Shown here: piece by piece, positions 10,380-22,180 of the stretch | Position numbering within the stretch: position 1 is the stretch's first letter | Layout of the letters: the number at the start of each line of letters is the position of its first letter | NCBI GenBank assembly: GCA_035221665.1 | Contig: CM069160.1 | Location: 15,314,001 to 15,378,000, forward strand | Length of the DNA stretch: 64,000 bases | Origin: Okamejei kenojei | Lineage: Eukaryota | Direction of reading: 5' to 3' | Position numbers and translations under genes: made by a program | Notes under the pieces: model-generated | Database searches by the model: none | What the model was told of the DNA's origin: nothing | The model's input: only the letters and a program-made list of their open reading frames with translations

Positions 10380-13343
10380 AAATAGTAAGATTAAACCGAG
10401 GAGTAACGATGAGGGATTACCCCCGCCTGGTGCTGGACACGGCATACCACAAGCAGCGGCATGAAAAACACAGACATAATAGCCAGTAAGAAGTAAGGCT
10501 CAACATAGATTTAGAACTACCAGACATTTATTTTATGAGGGTCGGGTCGTGGAGGGCACAATCCCTCATCGTTACTCCTCATAAATAAACGATCAAACTT
10601 CGACTGGTAAGTTCTTGTTTAATCTTTACTATTTTACTTCGGAGTCACGTGACACTACGTAAGATTTTGAAGCGTTTCACGACATACGACACTCTGTCAT
10701 TCAACACAGAATGAGCAAAATACACACATTTTTTCCCCAAACATTGCCTCAAGTTATGGAGATAAATTATTTCACATAATTAAAAGATGTAATGACCTCA
10801 CACACAAATATCAATTGATATATATAATTTGATGGTATGAACAAAGCAACAATTATAGAGAACCCAACACTCCGTGGAATCACACACCATGACTGGTTCC
10901 ATTTAATTTAATATTTATTTTACACCCTCCTGCGGCCTTGAATCTTTGCTCGAGCGGCTCATCCTGTGCCATTCCTGTGAAGTATTCACCTCCTTAACAG
11001 AGTGATTTTCCACATTTTCACTTTCCACTGAGTGTTATTCAATTTTTAACCAGCTAGAATACATTTCTCTAGAACATCAGTTTTTTACTGAACTAATGTG
11101 TTTTTTTTTTTATTGTGATAAGTAGTGCTGTCTCATCACCACAGAGACTCTTACACACATATCATCGATGTTCACACACACACACAATTTAAGGCCGACA
11201 GGATATGCTTATAGGGTTTACCTTGGTTTCAGCTCGGGCTTGGTCTGCTTTGTTTGGTAAATTATAACATATATGATAATGTAATCTGTATCCATATACA
11301 ATTATAACATAATATTTGCAGTGTTTGCACTCTTATATGATACAGCATTATTTCTTTCAATGTTAACTTTTTTTGAATCATTGATAGAATTGGCCATTGC
11401 AAAGCAATTCAGGACTATATTGATCTCCAGACATGTATTGAATTTTGGACACATATATATACATATATTTATATTCTACACATATATCCCTTTTCATTCA
11501 TATTACAAGAACCCATAATTTTCTTGGTTAGTATATTGTCCGTAAATAGGACGATAAACACTGGAAGCGAGCCCATTATTGGCATCAATTAGATACTCGA
11601 GAAAATGCAATGCACAAGGAACTCACATATATCTAAGATGACAAATAACACTGTATACAGACTTCAATTTCTTATAAAAATATTGTTTTTTTAAACTTAT
11701 TTCTGCAAATTGCAGTATAAAACTTCTTTATACCATAAATTATTTTATTGTTATGATGTTATATTATTTATTTAAACATTTCATAGACTTCTGTTGACCA
11801 TCAAACTGTTGTAACAACCTGCAGATAGTCACATATTTTCATGTCATGGATGCACTTTGTACAACAATAAATTACACACTATGAATCATCACAAGTGGTT
11901 CACACATCACTCAATATTTATGAAAACCATGATGATCCGTTTGGGCCACCAACAATGCCTCCGGCAGTGTCCTGCTACATTTTCATCAGACACTGCCCTA
12001 TCAGACAAAAATGAGGAACACACACATTTTTCCTCATGGAGAGAAACAGCATCCACCTTTCCTGTTCTTGGTTTACCCACGAGAACATTTGAAAGATCTT
12101 CTGTGATTTAATCTGTATACCAGATTAAACGTAGTATTCCATATTAATGACAATGTATTTTCCCCCTTAATTTGTTGTCTCCGATCACATTGTCTCTTCT
12201 TAGAGATAACAGCTGGACTAAAACACATAGAATATGCCACATACTGTTTACTCCAGGCCCATGATATTATTTTACGCTTATATGTGAGCCACACTCTCTC
12301 TGGTATTGTTCACCTTGATATGGACATGGACACTTCATAATAGAACAATCATATTTAATCCTCTCTTATACTTTAATAATTAATACAAAGGATTTGAGAA
12401 ATTTCTTAGGACAATCCATCAATTACCTGGTATTATTGTCAAGTCCCAACAAGAGACGTCAATCATTTTTATAGAAATAGAATTGAAATATGCCATTCTT
12501 ACCCAAATATTCACAGAAGCTGTACCATCATCTGTTAATATGGCTTCAGCTTGCAATAGTGCCTGCATATACAGCCCTTGTGAAAATCCCTTTTTTTTCC
12601 AGTTTTCTTTTTTATCCATTACTTTATAATGGGGTATTTGCATAAGCCTCTCACAAAGGCATTCACAATTCTTATAAAGCTTGTTTTCCTCTTTTGGAGC
12701 TTTATTTACTCTTTTCCTAAATGGCACTCCTTTTCTAATGGAGGGACAAAGTCTGTCAACAAAGCAATGAGACATATTTGTTCATGGAACAATTTTCCCA
12801 TCTCTTATGGTGCTGAATTTCTCCTAAATAAAGAATATAATTTATGACATTTTTGCATGCCTAACAACATAGGCTTTATGTGATGGGTCAGGTCCTTGCC
12901 TTTCAACAGGCTTGTAATTGCAGCACTAATTTGCAGCTGACTCTTTATAACTTCCAATTTAAATGTGATCAAGATAAACCCATGACCACCTCATTAATGC
13001 AAGTGTTGATCTTTTATCAGTACAATTGTTCTTCCAGTAAAACAAGCCTTGAAACTGGTTTTTATCCTTTAGACAATGTTTTAACTTGCACCGCTTGACC
13101 CATTTTAATAAATTTCAAGCACCTGTAATATTTGATTAACACTTTGTTAATAACAACTGTATTTCAATGTTGAAGATGTTTCCATTTTAATAAATTGTTC
13201 TTACACTGTGAAAGTGTATATAAAATGATGTTTTGTATGGTTTATACCATCAAATCCTTACACTGAGGTAATTTTATAATATATATATATATGTACGTAC
13301 CCCTTCTTTATTGGAGTTACTTTTGGGTGCAAACCTAAAATCA
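10380..13343 (-). mobile_element. DIRS1-like element, copy 1 (5'-truncated, damaged right terminus)
   Basis: Reverse-complement homologue of 18955-22180 with different flanks; ICR at ~10557-10665; deletions in the right end. Confidence 0.85.
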
Positions 13344-13414
13344 ATTAGGAGACCAAAACTGTGCAAAATACTCCAGATGTGGTCTCACCAGAGCCCAATA
13401 CAACTGCAAGTCGT

Positions 13415-13790
13415 TTTACCTTTATTTTAGTTTGTTTTTGTGTCCAGTTTGTGCGTTTACCATGGCGTCAGCAGTTCACAAACCAGAGCCTTTGGTGTTT
13501 GATGGCGACATCGCCAAGCGATGGGACATCTTTGATGAAGATTTCACTGTGTATGTGCATGCGTTGCACGCTGTAGTCGCTCCGGATGTTCGTGCCTCTA
13601 TTCTCCTTCACCTGGCAGGCACAGAGGCTGCTCGATGTGCCAGAAGATTTCATGATCAACCGGCCCAGTTCAATGCTGCTGATGTCCAGATTGTTCCGGC
13701 GGAATCCATTCAAGACCCTGAATGCCTGCCTCATCAGGTTCCAACAGCTATGGAGTTACGCATTCATCTTGTAATGGAGCGCGCCATGCA
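13415..13790 (+). mobile_element. Gypsy-type LTR retrotransposon gag N-terminal fragment; inverted copy at ~63270-63640
   Basis: MASAVHKPEPLVFDGDIAKRWDIFDEDF...ILLHLAGTEA resembles the P-L-F-G-N..W..F..LLH..G gag N-terminus. Confidence 0.6.
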
Positions 13791-13814
13791 ATTCATTCGG
13801 ACCAACCGGAGAAA

Positions 13815-13936
13815 AAACCCACGTGGGTCACGGGAGAAACGTACAAACTCCGCACAGACAGCTCCAGTGGTCAGGATTGAACCAGGATCTCCGGCGCTGT
13901 GAGGCAGCAACTCTACCGCTGCGCCACCGTGCCGCC
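13815..13936 (-). mobile_element. HE1-type SINE 5' part; inverted copy at 63116-63242
   Basis: A and B boxes plus start of the V core. Confidence 0.75.
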
Positions 13937-14121
13937 CTTAGGTTGACGTTGAGAGGGTCAACAAGTAACAGGAACCTGAAGGGCAACTTTATTCACACAT
14001 AGAATGGTGGGTGAGTGGAACAAGCTGCCAGAGGAGGTAGGTGAGGCAAGTCATAAGTGATAGGAGCAGAATTAGGCCATTCGGCCCATCTAGTCTACTC
14101 TGCCATTCAATCACGGCTGAT

Positions 14122-14404
14122 CACGGTGGGGCAGCGGTAGAGTTGCTGCCTCATAGCGCCGGACACCCGGGTTCGATCCCGATTACGGATGCTGTCTGTA
14201 CGGAGTTTGTACGTTCTCCCTGTGCTCTGCGAGTGTTTTCTCCGAGATCTTCGGGTTCCTCCCGCACTCCAAAGCCGTACAGATCTGTAGGTTAATTGGC
14301 TTGGTAAATGTGAAAATTGTCCCAAGTGGGTGTAGGGTGGTGTTAGTGTGGGGGGATCGCTGGTCGGCGCGGACCCGGTGGGCCGAAGGGCCTATTTCTG
14401 CGCT
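14122..14404 (+). mobile_element. HE1-type V-SINE; inverted copy at 62615-62929
   Basis: cacggtggggcagcggtagagttgctgcc...ggttcgatcc, V core and tail. Confidence 0.85.
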
Positions 14405-14989
14405 NNNNNNNNNNNNNNNNNNNNNNNNNNNNNNNNNNNNNNNNNNNNNNNNNNNNNNNNNNNNNNNNNNNNNNNNNNNNNNNNNNNNNNNNNNNNNNNN
14501 NNNNNNNNNNNNNNNNNNNNNNNNNNNNNNNNNNNNNNNNNNNNNNNNNNNNNNNNNNNNNNNNNNNNNNNNNNNNNNNNNNNNNNNNNNNNNNNNNNNN
14601 NNNNNNNNNNNNNNNNNNNNNNNNNNNNNNNNNNNNNNNNNNNNNNNNNNNNNNNNNNNNNNNNNNNNNNNNNNNNNNNNNNNNNNNNNNNNNNNNNNNN
14701 NNNNNNNNNNNNNNNNNNNNNNNNNNNNNNNNNNNNNNNNNNNNNNNNNNNNNNNNNNNNNNNNNNNNNNNNNNNNNNNNNNNNNNNNNNNNNNNNNNNN
14801 NNNNNNNNNNNNNNNNNNNNNNNNNNNNNNNNNNNNNNNNNNNNNNNNNNNNNNNNNNNNTAGGCAGCGTTCAACGTTCATGCCAATGACGTCACACATA
14901 TGTTCCCGAATCACATTTACATTAAAAAACTCAATTTTAATCAAATTCTTGAGGTTACATTTACAAAAATCATCGTGATTTTCATTGTG

Positions 14990-15400
14990 GGGGGGCGGGG
15001 GGAGGGGTTGGGGATATGGGGGAGGGGAGGAGGGGGGGGGCAGGGGCATTACAGGAAAGAGGAGGGGTTAGGGAGGGTAGAGCGGTTATGGAGGGAGGGA
15101 GTGACTGAGGGTAGGGGAGAAGGAGAGGGAGGGAGAGGTGAGGGAGGGAGTGGAGGAGGAGAGAAGAGGGGAAAGAAGAGGGAGGATGGGAGAGCTGGGG
15201 GATGAGGGGGGAATGGAGGAGGATTAGGGGTGGGAAAGGGGATTGGTGAGGTAATGGAGGAGGAGGATGGGGAAGAGGGGGGAGGGGAGGGTGGGGGTGA
15301 GGGGAGGAAGCATAGGAGGGTTGGTGGAGGGTGGGGAGAAGGGGGATAATGGAGGACTAGAGGACTGAAGAGGGAGAGTGTGATGCATTGGGGTGGATGA
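14990..15400 (+). repeat. Polypurine G-rich low-complexity tract; complement at 61430-61860
   Basis: Many GGG/GGA runs; G-quadruplex or triplex potential is inferred. Confidence 0.8.
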
Positions 15401-15431
15401 TTGCAACTTTCATGTGGTCCACCCTGTTCCG

Positions 15432-17248
15432 ACTGCTTGCTGCCTAATTGTTTGCCTCGCCTTTTTTAAAAAAAGTTTCTGTTCACAAAATAAATTTTGG
15501 TTGTCAGGTGGCTGTTTGCTGCACAATTGTTTGCCTCGCCTTTAAAAAAAAAAGTTTGTGTTCACAAAATGGATTTTGGTTGTCAGGTGGCTGCTTGCTG
15601 CCCAATTGTTTACCTCTCCTATTTTTCCAAATGTTTGTGTTCACAAAATGGATTTTGGTTGTCAGGTGGCTGCTTGCTGCCCAATTGTTTGTCTCGCCTT
15701 TTTAAAAAAAAGAGTTTGTGTTCACAAAATGAATTTTGGTTGTCAGGTGGCTGCTTGCTGCCCAATTGTTTTCCTTGCCTTTTTAAAAAAGAGTTTGTGT
15801 TCACAAAATGAATGTTGGTTGTCAGATGGCTGCTTGCTACCCAATTGTTTGACTCGCCTTTCTTTAAAAAAGTTTGTGTTCACAAAATGGATTTTGGTTG
15901 TCAGGTCGCTGTGGCCCAATTGTTTGCCTCGCCTTTTTGAAGAGTTTGTGTTCATAAAATGGATTTTGGTTGTCAGGTGACTGCGGCCCAATTGTTATGC
16001 CTCGCCTTTTTGAAGCGTTTGTGTTCACAAAATGGATTTGGTTGTCAGGTGGCTGCAGCACCCTCCCTTTTTAAATTTGTGTTGCACTCCTTGTTGCCCT
16101 CGCCTTTTTAAAAGCATGTGTCACTAAATGAATTTTTGGTTGTCACCAAATGAGGTTTGTGTTCACAAAAAAAAAAAAGGTTTGGATTTACGGGCCCAAT
16201 TATTTGCCTCACATTTCTTTTAACCAGTAGGTGGTCTGGCTGCTTGCTGCCCAATTGTTTGCCTTTTTTAAAGGAGTTGTGTTCACAAAATGGATTTGGG
16301 ATGGTAGGTGGCTGCTTGTTGCCCAATTGTTTGCCTCGCCTTTTTAAAAAGCATGTGTTCACAAAATGGATTTTGGTTGTCAGGTGGCTGCTTGCTGCAC
16401 AATTGTTTGCCTTGCCTTTTTAAAAAAAAAAAGTTTGTGTTCACAAAATGAATTTTAGGCTGTCAGGTGGCTACTTGCTGCCCAATTATTTGCCTCACAT
16501 TTCTTTTAACCAGTTCGAATTCACAAAATGAATTTTGTTTGTCAGGTGGCTGCTTGCTGCCCAATTGTTTGCCTCGCCTTTATAAAAAAAAGTTTTTGTT
16601 CACAAAATAAATTTTGGTGGTCAGGTGGTTGCTTGCTGCCCAATTGTTTGCCTTGCCTTAAAAAAAAAAAAGTTTGTGTTCACAAAATGGATTTTGGTTG
16701 TCAGGTGGCTGCTTGCTGCCCAATTGTTTGCCTCGCCTATTTAAAAAAGGTTTTCTGTTCACAAAATAAATTTTGGTTGTCAGGTGGCTGCTTGCTGCCC
16801 AATTGTTTGCCTCGCCTTTTTTTAAAAAAAAGTTTTCTGTTCAAAAAATTAATTTTGGTTGTCAGGTGGCTGCTTGCTGCACAATTGTTTGCCTCGCCTT
16901 TAAAAAAAAAAAGATTGTGTTCACCAAATGAATTTTGGTTGTCAGGTGACTGCTTGCTGCTCAATGTTTGCTTTGCCTATTTAAAAAAAAGTTTGTGTTT
17001 ACAAAAAAGGATTTGGGTTGGTAGGTGGCTGCTTGCTGAACAATTGTTTGCCTTGCCTTTAAAAAAAAAGTTTGTCATCACAAAATGAATTTTGGCTGTC
17101 AGGTGGCTGCTTGCTGCCCAATTGTTTACCTCGCCTTTTTTTCCAAAAGTTTGTGTTCACAATATGGATTTTGGTTGTCAGGTAGCTGTTTGCTTCCCAA
17201 TTGTTTGCCTCACCTTTTTAAAAAAAGAGTTTGTGTTCACAAAATTAA
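15432..17248 (+). repeat. 73-79-bp tandem satellite, left part
   Basis: Unit agtttgtgttcacaaaatggattttggttgtcaggtggctgcttgctgcccaattgtttgcctcgcctttttaaaaaa. Confidence 0.95.
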
Positions 17249-20200
17249 TTTTACTTCGGAGTCACGTGAGTGACTACGTGAAGAAGCCCCGCCTGGCGCT
17301 GGAACAGCATTACGTCGACGCTGACAGCAGAGCAAGAGCTGCAGAGTCAGCTCCTCGACAGCGGTAGGTACGGGCCCGCAGGTAAGTGCAGTGGAAAACA
17401 TTTTCCGTGGCTGGTATTGAATACCAGAATTTAAAACTAATTTAAAAGTAAAAAATAAGTAAAAGTTAAAATAAAAGGAAAATACTTTATATGAAAAACA
17501 ACGGAGTTTAAAAGAACGTCCTAAGGGGAGCGATCGGAACGGGAGATTACGGAGCCGGTTCCGATACCGGTGGCCGTCAAAATTACGTTAGAAAGATTTT
17601 TTAGTCGCTCCACAAACTTTTGCGCTTGGGGGGTGGGGGGGGGAAATTTTTAAAGTCAGAAAGGCCATAATTTAAAATTCAATAAAAGGCCTTCAGACTA
17701 AAAAAGCTTTATGGCTTGAAAAATTAATGGAAAAAAGATTCAAAAAATAAAAATAAAGTAAATAAAGAATTCAAGCCAAAAAATGGGTAAAGGCCCAAAA
17801 CAATTTCCTAACCTACCCCATAAAAGGGATTTCATATATTCTAATATATATGATGAAATATGGTGGGAATATCTACCTCATACTATTTGAAGGTAGTCTC
17901 CTTGAGGAAAAAAAATCAGGGAGTAACAAGGGCAGTAAAAATAAAATGGAAAACTGACCTTAAAAATGCACTGATAGTGGTGGCTGGTCATGAAGTACCC
18001 ACCACAGCTCCAGTAATATATATATATATATATAGTACAGGTGTACAACACCTGAATAAGAAGTGAGGCCATGGAAAATAACCATGGAAAACAAAATTAA
18101 TTGGTCTCTCACTAAAGCTGTTATGATTAAAACAGCAGAATAATATTAAAACTTTTTATGTTTTATTTAAGTACACTTCAGCACCAAATATATATAGAAG
18201 TGTACTAGGTTTGATACCTGAATGTATGAGTGAGGCCATGAAAAGTAAATATGGAAAAAAAAAAATAATTGGCCTCACCTAAAGCTGTTATGGTGAAACA
18301 GCAGAATATGATAAAACTTTTAAGTTTATAAAGATATCAACGGTGAATCCGGTATGATATCCATGTCTCAATTAGATGGAGATATAAGGAAATACGATTT
18401 TAAAAGTATTACAAACTGGTGCATGGTCATTTCCATTCAATGGAAAACAAATAAAATATTGTGCAAATAACCAATACATTTGAAGTAAAATTAATTGCCA
18501 TCAGTTTGTGGAGCTCAATGGAAGAAATATATAATATTTGGGACAAATTGCATCTAGATTTGCTGATCAATACAAATCAGGTTATGTTAAACTCTGATTA
18601 TTATGGAATAAAACTGCCTTATGATTATTCAAAATATTGATTACAAAAGAACAGATTATTGGTCTTTAAACTTTGGGGGGGGGGGGGGGGGAATTATTGA
18701 TCCAATGTAAAGATTTGATATTGGATCAAAACAAAGGCAGAAGTATGATAAATAAAACATATCAAACATAGCCTTATCCATATAATTGGAAAAAAAAAAG
18801 GCTTGAAGTAGGTTGAAGGGGTTGCAAACAAACTGTTACAAAATAAATTCATGAAATCTACGATTGTGGGGGATTACAGCTGTATTAAAACTAGGGACTA
18901 CAAAAAAATTGTAGAAAGGGATTGGTCACCTGTATAAGAAACCTTTAAAAATCTGATTTTAGATTTGCATCCAAAAGTAACTCCAATAAAGAAGGGGTAC
19001 GTACATATATATATATAATATATAAATAAAATTACCTCAGTGTATAAAGTTGTGATGGTATACCATACAAATATCATTGATATACACTTTCACAGTGTAA
19101 GAAACATTTTTATTAAAATGGAAAATCTTCAACATTGAAATGCAGTTGTTATCAAACAAGTGTTAATCAAATTATTACAGGTGCTTGAAATTAATTAAAA
19201 TGGGTCAAGCGGTTGCAAGTTAAAAACATTATCTAAAAAGGATTAAAACCAGTTCAAGGCCGTTAAACCAGAATACTGGAAGAAATATTGTACTGATAAA
19301 AGATCAACACTTGCATAATGAGGACATGGTCATGGTTTATCTTGATCACATTTAAATTGGAGGTTATAAAGAGTCAGCTGCAATTTAGTGCTGCCAATTA
19401 CAAGCCTGTTGAAAGGCAAGGACCCTGACCCATCACATAAAGCCTATGTTTTAGGCATTGCATAATATTCACAAATTAATATTCTGGTTTTAGGAGTAAT
19501 TCAGCACCATAAGAGATGGGAATTGTTCCATGATACAAATATGTCTCATTGCTTTGTTGACATATTTTGTCCCTCCATTAGAAAGGGCCTAGGTAAAAGA
19601 AATAAAGCTCCAAAAGGAGGAATACAAGAGCTTATAAGAATATGTATGCCTTTGTGAGAGGCTTATGCAAATACCAAATGATACATTATCATTATTAAAG
19701 TAATGGAAAAAAAAGGGGTTCACAAGCTGCTTCAACTATTAGCTATGCACGCTGTTGCAAGCTGAAGCAAGTATTAACAGATGATGGACAGCTTCTGTGT
19801 TATTTGGGTAAGATAAGAATATTATCTATTCTTATAAAAATAATTGATACGTCTCTTGTTGGGGACTATGGACAATTAATACCATGTAATTGCAAATGTA
19901 TTGTCCTAGAAAGAAATTTCTCCAAATATTTGTATTAATTATTTTGAAGTATAAGGAGTTATGGATTAAATATTGATTGTTCTATTATGGAAGTGTCCAT
20001 GTATATCAAGGTGAACAATACCACGGCAGTGGCATATATTAAATCACATAAGATAAGTAAAATAATAATCATGGGGTTATTGAGTAAACAGATGTGGCAT
20101 ATTCTAAAATGTTTAGTCCAGCTGTTTATCTCTAAGAAGAGACAATGTTATCGGAGACAAAAACAAATTAAGGGGGGGAAACTACATTGTCATTAATATG

Positions 20201-22180
20201 GATTACTTACGACAAAAATTAATCTGGTTGTATACAGATTAAATCACCGATCTTTCAAATGTTCTCGTGGGTAAACCAAGAACATGAAAGGTGGATGCTT
20301 TTCTCTCAATTAATGAGGAAAAATGTTCTTTTATGTTCCTCATTTTTGTTGATAGGGCAGTGTCTGATGAAAATGTAGCAGGACACTGCCAGAGGCATTT
20401 TGGTGACCAAAACGGATCTTCATGGTTTTCATAAATATTGAGTGATGTTGAACCACTTGTGAGCTGATTCATAGTTGCAGTAATTTATTGTTGTACAAAG
20501 GATCCATGACATGAAAATATGAATTGACTATCTGCAGGTTGACCAGACTATTATAACAGTTTGATGGTCAATGAAGTCTATGAATGTTTAAACTAATATA
20601 AAACATAACAATAAAATAATTATGTGTAAAGAAGTTGTTATACTGCAATTTTGCAGAAATAAGTTTTTTAAAAAAAAATAATTAAAAAAAAAAAGAAATT
20701 GGAAGTCTGTGTATACAGTAAAGTTATTTGTCATATTAGATATATGTGAGTTCCTTGTGGATTGCATTTTTTTCTGAGTATCTAATTGATAGAGCCAATA
20801 ATAGGGCTCAGAGTGTTTATCGTCCTATTTACGGACAATATACTAATCAAGAAATTATCGGGTTCATTCGTAATATCCCGATATGAAAAGGGATATATAT
20901 GTAGATATAAATATATATATATAATTCTGTCCCAAAATTGCAATACATTGTCTGGAGATCCTATATAGTCCTGAATTGCCTTAGGCAATGGACTCCAATT
21001 CTATTAATGATTCAAAAAAGTTAACTTTGAAAGTAATAATGCTGATGACTTTTTATCAATATAAGAGTGCAAACATTGCAAATATTACGTTATAATTGTA
21101 TATGGATACAGATTACATTATCATATATGTTTATGAATTTACCAAAAACAAAGCAGACCAAGAAGAGCTGAAACCAAGGTAAACCTATAAGCATATCCTG
21201 TCGGTCTTAAATTATGTGTGTGTGTGAACATTGATGAAATATGTTGAAGTAAGTAAGTAAGTCTCTGTGGTGATGAGACGCACTACTTATTACACACAAT
21301 ACACAATACATTACACACAATACAATTAAAACACATTAGGTTTCAGTAAAAACTGATGGTTCTAGAGAAATGTATTCTAGATGGTTAAAAATTGAATAAC
21401 ACTCAGTGGAACTAGACACTGAAATGTGGAAAATCACTCTGTTAAAGAGGTAGATACATTCACAGGAATGGCACAGGATGAGCGCACGAGCAAAGATGCA
21501 AGGCCACAGGAGGGTGTAAAATAAATATTAAATCAAATTGAACCAGTCATGGTGTCAGGATTGGACACAGAGTGTTGGGTTCTCTATAATCGTTGCTTTG
21601 TTCATACCATCAAATTATATATATCAATTGCTATATTTTGTGATTAAACCTGCCTTTCATTGGAAAGGGCATACTTTTATTCTTTATAACGTGATTAATT
21701 TTATCACATAACTTGAGGCAATGTTTTGGGGGAAAAAATAGGTGTTATTTTGCTCATTACTGTGTTGAATGAGCCGGGACTGTCGTATGGAACAAATTCT
21801 ACGACATAAAAAACACAGAAAGCTTCAAAATCTTCACGTAGTCACTCACGTGACTCTGAAGTAAAATAGTAAGATTTTAAACGAGAAATCTTACCAGTTC
21901 GAGTTTGATCGTTATTTTTTGAGGAGTAACGATGAGGGGATTACGTGCCCTCCATCCCGACCTCATAAAATAATTGATCATCTGGTAGTTCTAAATCTAT
22001 GTTGAGCCTTACTATCTTACTCCGGCTATTATGTTGTGTGTATTTCATTGCCGCTGTGCTTTGAAAGTATGCCGTTCAGCGCCAGGCGGGGCTTCTTCAC
22101 GTAATCCCTCATCGTTACTCCTCATTAAAATAACGATCAAACTTTGAACTGGTAAGTTCTCGTTTTAATCTTACTATTTT
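17249..22180 (+). mobile_element. DIRS1-like tyrosine-recombinase retrotransposon, copy 2: complete termini, decayed ORFs
   Basis: ITRs at ~17275-17310 and ~22069-22102. ICR 21831-21947 is complementary first to the left end, then to the right end, joined through AAAA. Flanked by tttt. Remnants: RT (KME ~19155; MVYLDH 19332-19349), RNase H (NNTTAVAYI ~20014), methyltransferase-like region (~20240-20400), YR (RVQTL ~21068, KQT ~21151, HSVK ~21435). Confidence 0.9.

Noticed and set aside
10215-10445. Signal-peptide-like ORF (SSLLLGLILLFTVTV) upstream of the receptor gene
   Set aside because: The hydrophobic core is the DIRS right terminus, there is no phase-1 donor, and a better leader exists at 4495-4540.
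14122-14190. tRNA-like A/B boxes (also 7560-7629, 13865-13936, 63116-63185)
   Set aside because: These are SINE heads followed by the V-SINE core, not tRNA genes.
14183-15049. Long ORFs spanning N runs (also near 9.9k, 32k and 62k)
   Set aside because: Artefacts of translating assembly gaps.
10380-22180. Apparent 3-kb fold-back palindrome (10380-13343 vs 18955-22180)
   Set aside because: Explained by two oppositely oriented DIRS insertions with unrelated flanks.
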